Part shown: piece after piece, positions 27,341-41,404 of the stretch
Layout of the letters: the number at the start of each line of letters is the position of its first letter
How positions within the stretch are numbered: position 1 is the stretch's first letter
NCBI GenBank assembly: GCA_951406725.2
Contig: OX597814.1
Location: 144,708,001-144,772,000 of the forward strand
Origin: Octopus vulgaris
Lineage: Eukaryota
DNA: 64,000 bases
Reading direction: 5' to 3'
Notes under the pieces: generated by a model
What the model was told of the DNA's origin: nothing
What the model saw: only the letters and a program-made list of their open reading frames with translations
The model's database searches: none
Program-made: the position numbers and the translations under genes

Positions 27341-28419
27341 TGTATTTACGTATATATACGTGCCAGAGGAGTGGCGCCATATTTAACAGGTTCATGTAAG
27401 TTCATAAGCACGCCATTTATCAAATAGAAATTCTCAGTACTCAGAGTTGGAGAAGAATTAGTAGCTAGCGACACTTTAGTAATGAAAGTAATAACTGTTG
27501 AAGCGATAAGAATAATTGCAACATCTCTCCATGTGTGCAAATCAAATAAATTATAAATCAAATTCTTATACATACATACATACATACATACATACATACA
27601 TACATACATACATACATACATACACACACACGGTACATGCATACATACACACACAAACGTACAATACATACATGCACATATATTTACATATATGCATGCA
27701 CATTTATTCGATATAGGTATAGATAGATGGGTGGATAGATAGATGAATTTGTAGATAGAGAAGTAGATAGATGCGTCCATACATATATATTCGGACATTT
27801 ATAAATACACGGGTAACTACAGGAGTAGACAGACAGACAGACAGACAGACAGATAGATAGATAGATAGATAGCTAGCTAGCTAGATAGATAGATATGTAG
27901 ATGGGTAGATAGATATATATAGGTATGTAGATAGATATGTAGTTGGGTAGATAGATATGTATATAGGGACGTATCTATTCATGTATGTATGTATGTATGT
28001 ATGTATGTATGTATGTATGTATGTATGTATGTATCTATCTATCTATCTTTACATACACAAAAACACATGCAAAACACACAAATACACGAGCATTTATGCA
28101 TCTTTCTACATTTCAGATAAATAAACGTGCGCCATGCTTTATCTGTCTCAAACACAAATAGTCACACGCACATATTCAATCATAATCTCTTTCAGAGAAA
28201 CACTGTAACAATCTTTATGCCTCTATATGCAACAAGTCTGTTGTTGGTTGGGTTTGTATATAGCAATATAGTTAATATACATACGCAGAAACATATAAGT
28301 AAACTCATAAACTCATACATACAGAAACACGTATGTAAACTCAAATGCACATAAACACACATACATACATATCTATATGTATGCATGTTATATATAAATG
28401 TAAGAATAAATACCTGCAT

Positions 28420-28489
28420 ATCTATCTACCTACCTACCTACCTACCTACCTACCTACCTACCTACCTACCTACCTACCTACCTACCTAC

Positions 28490-28520
<31 letters not shown>

Positions 28521-28533
28521 CCTACCTACCTAC

Positions 28534-28612
<79 letters not shown>

Positions 28613-28680
28613 CCTACCTACCTACCTACCTACCTACCTACGGACCTACCTACATACCTACCTACCTACCTATTAACCTA

Positions 28681-28753
<73 letters not shown>

Positions 28754-28755
28754 GC
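28420..28755. repeat. (CCTA)n/(CTAT)n tetranucleotide microsatellite
   Basis: Direct reading. Confidence 0.95.
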
Positions 28756-29224
28756 TACATACATTCTGTGCATCTGTCTATCCCTCCTACTCTCTGTTTT
28801 CTTTGTTTATCAATCTGTCTACCTGTCTGCTTGTGAGTCTCTGCACTTGCTTCCTGTCCGTTTGTCCACCTCTTCCTTTCTCTCTGTCTATTTGTCCGTC
28901 TGCATACATCTTGTCTACCTGTCTATCTATCATCCACTCCATCCTACCTACATCTATTTCTCCCTCTCTCTCAGAACATTTTATTTCTTTCTTAATTCCT
29001 TCAATTTACAATGCAAGAAAGAGGCTGGCTGTTTCTCACACCGCATCCTACCAAACAACACATCATATTTTTATTTTATTTCTCACAACATTTTACTTAT
29101 AAATGATAAACTAGAGAAAAAGTCTAAATAATTTCAGTTTTTACTTCACCTCTACACTTGGCAGATTAGCTTATATATGGTATTTTTTTTATTTACCTGT
29201 AATGCTTGACTTTCAAGATAATTA

Positions 29225-29455
29225 CTCTTTTACTCTTTTACTCTTTTACTTGTTTCAGTCATTTGACTGCGGCTATGCTGGAGCACTACCTTTAGTCGAG
29301 CAAATCGACCCCAGGACTTATTCTTTGTAAACTTAGTACTTATTCTATCGGTCTCTTTCCCCGAACCGCTAAGTGACGGGGACGTAAACTCACCAGCATC
29401 GGTTGTCAAGCGATGTTGGGGGGACAAACACACAAACACACATATAAACACATAT
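29225..29455 (-). mobile_element. SINE family B 3' half
   Basis: (tactcttt)n tail, gtttcagtcatttgactgcgg. Confidence 0.85.
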
Positions 29456-29491
29456 AGAGAAGAGACGACACATTATCGATAAAGAAATTTA

Positions 29492-29528
29492 AGAAATTTG
29501 AAAAGAAAATACGAAACCGGTTATTTCT
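29492..29528 (+). ncRNA. Minimal hammerhead-like motif, U3-A8 core
   Basis: agaaat-TTGAAAA-g(aaaata)c-GAAA-ccgg-TT-atttct; near-identical to the Penelope 3' HHR at 49444-49483. Confidence 0.65.
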
Positions 29529-29661
29529 ATAGCTACTTACCACACTGCCACTCCTGCGCCTATAGCTACTTACCACACAGCTACTCCTGCGCCTATAGCT
29601 ACTTACCACACTGCCACTCCTGCGCCTATAGCTACTTACCACACAGCCACACCTGCGCCAT
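29529..29661. repeat. 4x 33-bp tandem repeat of the SINE B 5' head (minus orientation)
   Basis: agctacttaccacactgccactcctgcgcctat repeated at 33-bp period. Confidence 0.9.
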
Positions 29662-30552
29662 AGTTAATAATGTAATTAAAAGCGTCACTAGTTAAAGGAA
29701 AAGATCCTTTATAAGGTTGGTTGTGGGTTGCTGGGGTTTCTTTTGTGGGGGCTGTTAATTCTGTAAAGCCCTGACTGGGCTTGGTATACAGCAAAGTGGA
29801 GGGCCATAAATTACATTCCCGTAGCTACAGAGGGGACACCAGGTGGCTTTTGATAATGAGGGGCATGCCGATGCTTTTCTGCCAATGGGATGTAAGCTGG
29901 AGTTTGATTAACGCTGGCTGGTTCACCTGCAGGAGGGTGTCTGATGTTGAATGACCCGAAATTCGCTCAGATCTTAGAAACATTTCTGATGATACATCCC
30001 AGAATATCCGTGAGATGTATTTTGGAACTAAAAAAGGAAAACGAACTTTTGAATTAAATTTGAGTTTGTTACAATGGAAACGCCTTTGAATCTTGGCTTG
30101 TTCGATCAAGAATGATCGAATACTAATCAACTGTCAAAGAAGCCTGTTGGCAGAGCTGTTAGATTAGAAGATAGACTGCTTTTCAGCAATCATTCTGGAT
30201 TTCTGTGTTCGAGCTCACCTTTATTTTTCATCATTTTAGGGTTGAGAAAGAAGATTGTTTGCTTGTTATTTTTTTCTTGCTGTGTATGTCTGCTTGTTAG
30301 TCTACCTTTCTGAAAGGAATCGGCTACGCTGAGACCTGGGGAATGATAGGAAGCAAAACGTATAGCAAATTCCTGCCCCGCCCTACTTGCTGTACATTAT
30401 GACGTCGATCCTATGATTCTACCAAGGGGTCGCGAGTCCAAAGCAAAGCAATGCAAACAACCATCACCAGAACCTGTGACAATAGCATTTGCATTATCAC
30501 CTCCACCACTACTACCACCACCACTTAGTGTACCAATAACTTACAAATCCAC

Positions 30553-30930
30553 GCAGGTGTGGCTGTGTGGTAAGTAGCTTGCTTACCAGCCACATGGTTC
30601 CGGGTTCAGTCCCACTGCGTGTCACTTTGGGCAAGTGTCTTCTACTATAGCCTCGGGCCGACCAAAGCCTTGTGAGTAGATTTGGTAGACGGAAACTGAA
30701 AGAAGCCATCGTATATATGTATATGTTTATATGTGTGTGTGTGTGTTTGTCCCCCCAACATCGCTTGACAACAGATGCTGGTGTGTTTGCGTCCCCGTAA
30801 CTTAGCGGTTCGGCAAAAGAGACCGATAGAATAAGTACTAGGCTTACAAAGAATAAGTCCTGGGGTCGATTTGCTCGACTAAAAGGCGGTTCTCCAGCAT
30901 GGCCGCAGTCAAATGACTGAAACAATAAAA
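30553..30930 (+). mobile_element. Near-complete SINE family B (tRNA head + CORE-like domain)
   Basis: A-box-like tggctgtgtggtaag, B-box-like gggttcagtccc, ttgggcaagtg core, internal TA/TG seed, 3' aatgactgaaac. Confidence 0.9.
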
Positions 30931-31049
30931 AAAAAGTACAAATGAAAATTCATAGTCTGCTTAGAGAAGCTGTAGAGTTCGAAACTATAATCTCTCTTTC
31001 TCTCTACATATTCTCTTTCTCTCTACATATTCTCTTTCTAAGTTGATAG

Positions 31050-31480
31050 AGAATGATATATTCACTGGATTGCTACTGGGTTGCTAGACAACTTCCACCA
31101 CAACTCAAGATAATTTTTGTTTTTCTAAGTCACAGAAAACTAATTCAGCCTTTAAATTTGTCAGAGATTTTGACAGTAATATCCACCAATTTCCCTTATA
31201 TCGAAATCTATGAATGTATTCAAAATCAGTTGCATTATCGATATGACATTAGTTCCAGTACGGTCCGGTCCTATTTACGGATAGCCTTGTATATTGTTTT
31301 AGCAAGCAGATTACACTCCATAGGAAGGTAATATTTTCATGACATTTTAGAGCATCAGTTAATCCCATGTGTCATGTTTTCCACAGATATATATGATATA
31401 ATCGACATTTTCAATCTCATCTTGAGGATTTAAGGGCTTCGCTGACCATTTTGTTCAACAGATACTTTGTGGTTATTTCT
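31050..31480 (-). mobile_element. Decayed PLE GIY-YIG region (second PLE type)
   Basis: SYISVENM and PMECNLLAKTIYKA resemble the SYSCMxNM and CPLxGxCL...IYKA motifs that precede the GIY-YIG domain. Confidence 0.4.
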
Positions 31481-31927
31481 TGATCTTGATGTATAAACGC
31501 ATGATTTTCGAAATGTGATGTGATGTAATGATCACGAGTCCCAGAAAGGTTACATATCCCGTCAATATTTGCATCGCTCCCAACATTATGTATCTATTTA
31601 TACATGTATCTATGTATTCATGAATTCATGTACGCATTTACGTATGTATGTTTACATGTATGCGCTTATGTATGTATGTATCGCTTGCAATCATGTGGTT
31701 TCGGTTTCAGTCTCACTGCACGGAACTTGAGCAATTGTCTTCAACCACAAACCCAGCCGGCCAATACTTTGTGAGTGAATTTGGAAAACGGAAACTATGT
31801 GAAAGCCCTGTAGTTGCAGTGTGTATCGTATTATTGGAAGTAGACAAGATGATGATACTATTTATTCATCAGTTGCAGGCGTACATCAAACTCTACACAT
31901 AGTAAATACTCTAAACTACATCTTGTT

Positions 31928-32016
<89 letters not shown>

Positions 32017-32296
32017 ATAATAATAATAATAATTTGAGGGAATATTATTCCTAACTTACAGGGAAAAATTCAATTTAGAAATACTAAATCAAATTTCACA
32101 AAATATAATATATATATAAAAATCAGAAAAAACCCCACCCTTTATCAATTCAAAATGAACAATTAAATTACACCATCTAGAAAATTACATATAATAGAAA
32201 TATTAAATATAAAATAACAATAATATACCAATGATTAAATAATGGGCAAAATAATAAATAAAACGTATATATTTGGTTGAATAACTTAGGTAGAAT

Positions 32297-32349
<53 letters not shown>

Positions 32350-32593
32350 TGTCTGTGTTTGTCCTTCTCACCATTGACAACCAGCATTGGTTTGTTCACG
32401 TCCCTTTAACTTGTTGGGTCGGCAAAAGAAACAAATAGAATATGTTTTAATCTAAAAAAAAAAGACTGTGGTCGATATGATCGACTAAATCCTTCAAGGT
32501 AGTATTTGAGCATGGCCGCAGTTCAATGACTTAAGTAAAACAATGAAAGAACGCGTGTTTTTTTTCTGGATTTGTTTTCAAAATTTCTCATTA

Positions 32594-33385
32594 GGTGTGA
32601 TTGTGTGGTTCAGAAGCTTGTTTTTCAACTGTGAAGTTTGGGATTCAGTCTTAGCGCTCAGCACCTTTGGGGAGTGCCTTCTATTATAATCCTGGACCGA
32701 CCAAAGCCCTGTGAGTGGATTTGGTAGGTAGGCGGGAACTGAAAGTAAGCAGGCGTGCGTATGTCTGCATGCATGTGTATGTATGTATGTATGTATGTAT
32801 GTATGTATGTATGTATGTATGTATGTATGTATGTATGTATGTGTGTATGTATGCACGCGTGTGTGTGCATGTGTGTCTGCGTGTGTGTGTGTGTTTGTGT
32901 GTTCGTGCGTGCGTGTATGTGTGTCTTTTTATTTATAGTCTCACCAACACTTGCCAGCCGGTGTTGGTTTCTTTACGGCCCCATAGCTTAAACGTTCGGC
33001 AAAAGATCTTGACGCAATAAGTATCAGAATTAAAAAATAAGTTACGGAAGAGGAGCGCTAAGCAGTGAAGTGTATAAATGCTATGTTACCAGCTCAAATC
33101 TGCGTGTGGCACGTTTGAACTCGTAAATAAGCTATTCCCTGTGCTTCGTTAAATTTTCTCCACATTTTCTCCATGAGAAATTTTCTACAGCGAGACATTT
33201 TCCCAGTGGCAAAGCACAATAATGACTTATTTACGAGTCCATACGTGCCACACGCATATTTAAACTGGTAATGACATTACATTAAAAAAAAAAAAGTTCT
33301 CGGAGTGATTCGTTCGACCAAACCCTTCAACGTGGTGACTCAAAATGGCTGCTGTCTTATGACTGAAACAAGTAATGGATAAAAG
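32594..33385 (+). mobile_element. SINE family B with microsatellite expansion and an inserted hairpin element (33045-33283)
   Basis: SINE B head and core 32594-32750; 3' part resumes after 33285. Confidence 0.75.
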
Positions 33386-33580
33386 ATTACATGGTTCCTA
33401 ACTAAATAGAAAAGGGTACCTTCAGAGGAATTTAGACAACGCATGAATGTTTGTGTTTTGAGATTTATTAAAGTTCTTAACAATCAAGTGACAAGATGAT
33501 TACTTTCGGTGAGTGAAGATCGTTCCAGGGATTCGTGAATATATAATGAGTTATGCGTTATACGTGGACATATCTGCTCC

Positions 33581-33638
<58 letters not shown>

Positions 33639-34092
33639 TGGTTACTGTTTATGTATACGTGTGTATGTATGTGTGTGTGGCTGTATGCCATATGCTCACG
33701 TGATTGTGTGCACGTGTCAGTTCTAAGAAAATTTCGTTTAGGAATGTTAATAATGCTTTAGAAGTCTTCCTTGTAACAGTAATCGATTGAATTGGGAGGA
33801 TGCGAGAAGTATCGATCAATCAATCAATCACTTTATCAATCAATCGAGGGAGAGAGAGAAGTGGGGAAGAAAAATGAAGGAGAAAGGGAGAGCGGGAGAG
33901 GGACGGGGAAGAGGCAAAGCGCTCGCGCGAAATAGATTGACAAATAGATAGTGAGAGAGAGAGAGGGAAGAAGAGGGAGGGAGAAGGAGAGAGAGTGCGA
34001 GAGAGAGAGAGAGAGAGGGGAGAGAAGGAAGGCGCGTGCGCGAAAAAGATAGATAAATTGATAGATAAATAGATAGATAGAAAGATAGACAT

Positions 34093-34152
<60 letters not shown>

Positions 34153-34569
34153 TAGAAGAGAAAGAGGAGAATCCACTTCAGCTCTGGTCTGATGCATTAT
34201 TTGTTAATCCGAACGGAGGGCAGGCAAAGTTGACTTGATCACAAAATGTAGAGAGCCGGAACGAATAACCCAAGACATTCTATCTGAGGCATTAGAATTT
34301 CAGTCAATTCAGTGCCTTCCGCCCTTCCTGCCTACCGTCACCAAGCCATCCATCCATCAAACCACCTACACAAACATAGACACATGTACACAACTTATAT
34401 ACATACATACACACTTACTTACACATACATACACACACACAAATATACATTTGAAAAAATGAATGGCGATGTTTTTTTTTTATTTGATTTTAATTATGTT
34501 TACAGTGAGTTTATATATATATATATATATGTAATTATTTGTATTTTTGCACGCGTATGTAGGCATTAT

Positions 34570-34804
34570 ACTCTTTTACTCTTTTACTCTTTACTCTTTT
34601 ACTTGTTTCAGTCATTTGACTGCGGCCATGCTGGAGCACCGCCTTTAGTCGAGCGAATCGACCCCGGGACTTATTTTTTGTAAGCCCAGTACTTATTCTA
34701 TCGGTCTTTTTGCCGAACCGCTAAGTGACGGGGACGTAAACACACCAGCATCGGTTGTCAAGCAATGCTAGGGGGACAAACACAGACACACAAACATATA
34801 CACA

Positions 34805-34884
<80 letters not shown>

Positions 34885-35112
34885 TACGACAGGCTTCTTT
34901 CAGTTTCCGTCTACCAAATCCACTCACAAGGCATTGGTCGGCCCGAGGCTATAGCAGAAAACACTTGCCCAAGATCCCACGCAGTGGGACTGAACCCGGA
35001 ACCATGTGATTGGTAAGCAAGCTACTTACCACACAGCCACTCCTAGTGGGACTGAACCCGGAACCATGTGGTTGGTAAACAAGCTACTTACCACACAGTC
35101 ATTCCTACGCCT
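34570..35112 (-). mobile_element. Near-consensus SINE B with duplicated head and internal (TA)n
   Basis: Reverse match to 30553-30930; agtgggactgaacccggaaccatgtg occurs twice. Confidence 0.9.
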
Positions 35113-35357
35113 TTGTACATCCTTCCTTGAAGATATTCTCATTTACAGTAATTAACCGAATTAATTTAGTTAAATTAAATTAAATTTGGTTAATTTTTAT
35201 GCAGCAAGTGATGAATTGAAACAACTGTAGGTCTGGTCTTTTCAATGTTAATAAACTTTTATCAATCTTATCTCTATCTTCTCTCTTGTTTTGTATATAC
35301 ATGCATAATACATACATACATACATACATACATACATACATACATACATACATACAT

Positions 35358-35390
<33 letters not shown>

Positions 35391-35554
35391 TAATTATAAA
35401 TAAGGGCAAAAGAAAAAAAAATTTCTATGCTAATATGCTGAAAAATAGACCCTAGATCGTCTAACCACATACAATATTATTCACTACAAATACACAGCGT
35501 GTTGAAATGAGAAAAGCAAGCTAACAGAAATTTTTAAAATTCGTTATTCTCGAA

Positions 35555-35604
35555 TCGAACCGATTTCTGGATTAATTCCATAAGGATTCTTCCTTCTTCA
35601 GCGA
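35555..35604 (-). ncRNA. Hammerhead-like motif within a PLE-tail repeat (35395-35720)
   Basis: Minus strand tcg-CTGAAGA-agga...tcca-GAAA-tcgg-TT-cga. Confidence 0.55.
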
Positions 35605-35755
35605 GAAACACGATTAGAATAAATGGAACACTTATATTTACCCACGGAAAAAGCAGATGAAAAGTTTGTGTACGTTTAAGGACCTCAAATATATCTAAAC
35701 AGAAATTCTGTAGCAAGCTTCAGCACACATGTAGATACACGCACACACACGAACT

Positions 35756-35855
<100 letters not shown>

Positions 35856-36239
35856 TACGCGCATACACACACTATAGATTTATACACACACATACGACGG
35901 GCTTCCATATAATTTCCGTTGACTAAATCCACACACAAGGTAATAATATTTGACTCGGGGCTATAGTAGAAGATATTTTCCCAAGGTGCTGTGCAGTGGT
36001 ACCGAACCCGAAACCATGTGGTTGCATATCGAGCTTCTTAACTACTCATTCAAATGTATGAACGCATGTATCTATGTATATGTATATATATGTAGGTATG
36101 TATGTGGGTATTTTATGTATGTGTATATATGTGGGTATTTTATATATTATTTCATGTTTGTTCACATTAAAACACAATCACATGGCAATCTAGAAAATAA
36201 ATATAAGCAGTTTAGATCCAGCGATTAGACGTATAAAAG

Positions 36240-36600
36240 ACATTAAGAAAGCGTTGGCCTGATTTATAAACAAGAAGAAATCGGTCGTGGCTCATCTTTC
36301 AGTGATGTTGATAAGTTTCAAGGCGGTAGTTTTAGTAGGAAGAGTGTCTTGCAGGCGAGAGGGAGAGGGGAAGAAAGAAAAGGAGAGAGAAGAAAAAGAG
36401 AAAGGTATGATTGAAAATAATCCAGACATTTGTTGAGTAACAAGCATCGTATTTCGTTTTGGAGAATATTAATCTTGTTCGGAAATCTTGGAAGGCCTGG
36501 TTATATCTTAAGTGTCTTTTATGGTAACGAAAGAAATCTGCTTAAAGCACCACACCACGTCCTTATTTCTTCTTAAGGTTGAAAGTGATTCCCCAAGGAA
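36240..36600 (-). mobile_element. Decayed PLE RT N-terminal fragment
   Basis: ISFVTIKD...TRLI resembles the FITxKDHK...RLI motif. Confidence 0.35.
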
Positions 36601-36878
36601 AGTCTGACTCTCTCCTTATGTGTACGTTACATATACAGTCACGCGTGCGCGCACACACACATTAATAAAGATACTTAGTTGTTTGCCACTTATACATGTT
36701 ACATATACATGAATCCACTCAAATATATTATGTATGAATATATGCGTATGTTTAGACACACACATGCACACACACACACACACTAACACATACGCACATA
36801 CACACACATCTTCACGTACACGCGTGTACAATCACTCAAATCAACGTGCATATCTCTCTCTATATATATGTATATATA

Positions 36879-36983
<105 letters not shown>

Positions 36984-38113
36984 CTCGTCTCCATGACCGA
37001 ACTGCAGTCGTGGATCAAAAAGAGGCTGAGGAAGGGCGAATGGCACCGCGAGTATCGCGTTGCTCTCAAGCAACTCTGCCGTCCCGGGTCGACCTTGAGT
37101 GACTTCAACACGACCAAAGCATTCTATAGGGGATTAGTGGAGGGGAGGTACGACGACGATCTTGGGGCAAACCTGGGCGTCGACGAGGAATACCTGACCC
37201 GCCTGTTTGAAACGACTTTCGGGCCGGGACCTATGGACAACTTCCAGAGATCCCTGGCCTGGCGGTGCTACCGAGAAGCGCTACCCGTTCGGGATAAGCT
37301 CTATAGGTATGGCTCGTGAAACACGGGGCCGACCTGCCCGAGATGCGGGCAGAGCGACGAAACCGCTCTGCACGCAATCGTGCAGTGTCCAACAATCTCC
37401 GACCTGTGGGCTTATGTCGAACGACTGCTGTCACGTGTGGGACGTGTCGGTTTATCAACCGAGTCTATCGTTAATATCGTCACGCCTCCTTCCTTCAAAC
37501 GGGAAGGAAGAGCTATTTTTATCATACTTGTGGCTATGGCGAAAGAATGTATCTGGTGGACGCGTCTGAAAGGATTAGAGACAAACACTTTCCTCTCTGG
37601 TCAATCTCTCATCAACTTCTTCAAGTATCACTTGAAGAGGAAAGTGAGAGTAGAGAGGCAAGTTTGTCTAGTGAGTGTTTTAAAAAAAGATGGGTGAATG
37701 TAGCAAGGATGGCACGTATGAATGACGAAGCCACCTTGACTATGATTCTATGAACCGTAAAAATTAATACAGATAGTTGCTTATTTGCAAAAAAAAGAAG
37801 AAATATAACATGTGACTTCATTGACCGAGGTTACCGTGGTCTTTTCCGTAGGCTTTTCTTTCCACGGGTAAACCTCACCTGTCCCCCCTTTACACTTCAT
37901 ATTGACATTTCTGTGATAACGATCCCTATTGATCCAATTTTGTTCCTCTCCCTCCCCCTTTTTTTATCCCCCCCTTTTTTTTGTCCTCTTTCTTTCTATT
38001 TACGATCCCTTTTGATCGAAAACCAAACCCCCTTCTTCTACCCCCAAAAGAAAAGCTCTACCTTGTAATTTTGTCCTGTCTGTGTGCAGCCCTGTGTGGC
38101 TAATAAAGAAACA
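36984..38113 (+). mobile_element. 5'-truncated Tx1/L1-clade LINE (zf-RVT C-terminus plus 3' UTR) abutting (TATC)n
   Basis: LAWRCYREALPVRDKL...TCPRCGQSDETALHAIVQCP (CCHC zf-RVT); pyrimidine-rich 3' UTR ending aataaagaaac. Confidence 0.85.
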
Positions 38114-38178
38114 TATCTCTATATATATGGAAAAAAGTCAAGGTAGAAAATGCTAAAATAATTTTATAAAAAATATTT

Positions 38179-38215
38179 CTGTACCGGTTTCAGTCATTGA
38201 GAATTTGTTCAACTG
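38179..38215 (-). ncRNA. Degenerate hammerhead-like motif
   Basis: Minus strand cag-TTGAACA-aattc(tcaat)gact-GAAA-ccgg-TA-cag. Confidence 0.35.
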
Positions 38216-38530
38216 TTAGTATGGAAAAAAATTAAATTTTTAAAAAATTAAATGAAAAGTTTTTTTAAAAGAATATTTGCATAGAATATTTCGTTGTTTC
38301 TGCCTTCTCTGTCTCTCTTATATACTCTTGTAGGTTCGAGGTCGTTGTGTATTCTTGGCAAAGAAGAAGAAGAAGAAGAAGAAGAAGAAGAAGAAGAAGA
38401 AGAAGACGAAGAAGAAGAAGAAGAAGAAGAAGAAGTATGCAGGAGTGTTATGCTAGTAGTAGGATGTTAAATGGTCAAGTGCCTTGAAAGTGACTTGTTG
38501 TGGATGGTAGTAGTGATTGAATTCTTGAGA

Positions 38531-38633
<103 letters not shown>

Positions 38634-38914
38634 ATGCTATAGAACCTCCTCAACACTAGACACCAATATCTAAGCGTTATCTGAGCTTGAAAATATTATC
38701 TGAGAAGTAAAAAACAATGAATATCAAAGCAAGTAATCTCCACAAACCATGAATCTACCAACACTACATTTTACTAGAAATGAAGGACAACTCAGAATAG
38801 CGAGACTAAGGTACTGAAAAAAATCCACAATCAGGCATAACAAATATGTATTTCCATCATTAGCTGCCAAGCCGTCGGCCCCTACTCCTTTCTTCTTCAT
38901 TTATGTCGGTCTCT

Positions 38915-39135
38915 TTGGTGACTAGCTTATCTTGATTGGCGATTTCAGTGCCAGTGTCGGAAAGAACTCCCTCTTGTGGGAGAACGTTAGGGGAAACAAG
39001 GTACCGGAAATTACAATGCAAACAAAGAGTTACTTCTCAGACTTTGCATAGAGCACGAATTTTTCATTACCAATTCAGTTTCGGCTCCCAAACCACTTAA
39101 AAATTACAAGAATGTCTCCACATTCTTGATATTGC
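38915..39135 (+). mobile_element. RTE-like APE endonuclease fragment
   Basis: LILIGDFSASVG...GNYNANKELLLRLCIEHEFFITNS. Confidence 0.75.
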
Positions 39136-39145
39136 CATGTCCTTA

Positions 39146-39738
39146 AGGTGGCGAGCTGACAGAAACGTTAGCACGCCGGGCGAAATGCTTAGCGGTATTT
39201 CGTCTGCCGCTATGTTCTGAGTTCAAATTCCGCCGAGGTCGACTTTGCCTTTCATCCTTTCGGGGTCGATTAAATAAGTACCAGTTATGCACTGGGGTCG
39301 ATATAATCAACTTAATCCGTTTGTCTGTTCTTGTTTGTCCTCTCTGTGTCTAGCCCCTTGTGGGTAGTAAAGAAATAGGTATTTCGTCTGCGGCAACGTT
39401 CTGAGTTCAAATTCCGCCGAGGTCGACTTTGCTTTTCATCCTTTCGGGGTCGATTAAATAAGTACCAGTTATGCACTGGGGTCGATATAATCAACTTAAT
39501 CCGTTTGTCTGTTCTTGTTTGTCTTCTCTGTGTCTAGCCCCTTGTGGGTAGTAAAGAAATAGATATTTCGTCAGTCATTATGTTCTGAGTTCTAATTCCA
39601 CCGAGGTCGACTTTGCTTTTTATCCTTTCGGGGTCGATAAATTAGCACCAGTTGCGTTCTGGGGTCGATATAACCGACTGACCCCTTCTCTAATCTAATC
39701 GCCCGGCGTGCTAACGTTTCTGCCAGCTCGCCGCCTTC
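39146..39738 (+). mobile_element. SINE A trimer (one head plus tandem ~185-bp core-tail units) followed by an inverted head
   Basis: Units restart at ggtatttcgtc (39196, 39378, 39562); inverted head 39698-39738. Confidence 0.9.
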
Positions 39739-39982
39739 GAGAGTGGATAAATATAGACACAAAGGCAGGCAGATACACATACACACATTCACACATTCAC
39801 ACATTCTCACTCATATGTAATGACAAATAAGAAGAATGGAGAATGTTGTAGTAAAATGATTTACCCATTCAGTTCTGTTTATTTGTCAGTATAAAACTTT
39901 GTGGATACTTGTAAATTTTCAGACATTTATCTTGATATAACAGACGATCTCCAGTTTACAGCTTTCTCTGATAGTCAATAAT

Positions 39983-40220
39983 GGAGGTGCGTGGCTTAGG
40001 GTATTGAACTCGTGATCGTAAAATTGTGGTTTCGATTCCTGGACCGGACGATACGTTGTGTTCTTGAGCAAAACACTTCATTTCACGTTGCTCCAGTTCA
40101 ATCAGCTGGCAAAAATGAGTAACCCTGCGACGGATCGGCATCCCGTCCAGCTGGGGAATTTATATGCCACTGAAACCAGGAAACCGGCCCTTTAAAGCCT
40201 GGCTTGGCTCGAGAAGGACA
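39983..40220 (+). mobile_element. SINE family C
   Basis: ggtttcgattcc B-box, ttcttgagcaaaacacttcatttcacgttgctccag core. Confidence 0.8.
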
Positions 40221-40302
40221 CATTTCTTCTTTCTTCTTCTGATAGTCAATATCTGTGGATGAGCTTGATAAGGTAAACACCATGGTTACATAACCATATG
40301 AA

Positions 40303-40798
<496 letters not shown>

Positions 40799-40995
40799 AT
40801 GACGACGGCCTTCCACCTTATTTCCGTCTATCAAATTAACTCACAAGGCATTAGCTGATCCAAGTCAATAGTAGAAAGCACTTGCTCAAGGTGCTGCGTA
40901 GTGGAAGAGAACCTGAAAACTCGTGGTTGAAAAGCGAGCGTCTTAACCACACAGGAAAGCCTGTAGAAGTGTAAATATATGCACATGTGTGTGTA

Positions 40996-41055
<60 letters not shown>

Positions 41056-41293
41056 CACGTTAGACTTTGGTTATTATTTTAAAGCAAGTTTAATAACCAC
41101 AAAAGAGTAATTGATGTAGAGGGTGGGTAGTTAGTCCTGAGAATAGTGTCAAATTTATAGCAGTTCTGGAGTCTTATAGGAAAACCGAATAAAAATGATA
41201 TTGGTAATTTAAATACTTTAACGAAAATATTTGATTTAAAACCTTTGTGCACAACACACATCCATATGTACATGTATGTGTGTAAATATATAT

Positions 41294-41343
<50 letters not shown>

Positions 41344-41369
41344 ATACATATATATACACGTATATATAT

Positions 41370-41404
<35 letters not shown>

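Noticed and set aside
29529-29661. CRISPR-like regular 33-bp repeats
   Set aside because: No spacers; tandem copies of a SINE head in eukaryotic DNA
30370-30410. GC box plus CRE-like tgacgtc
   Set aside because: Lies in a repeat tail; no transcript evidence
30553-30625. tRNA gene
   Set aside because: A/B boxes belong to SINE heads; no cloverleaf found
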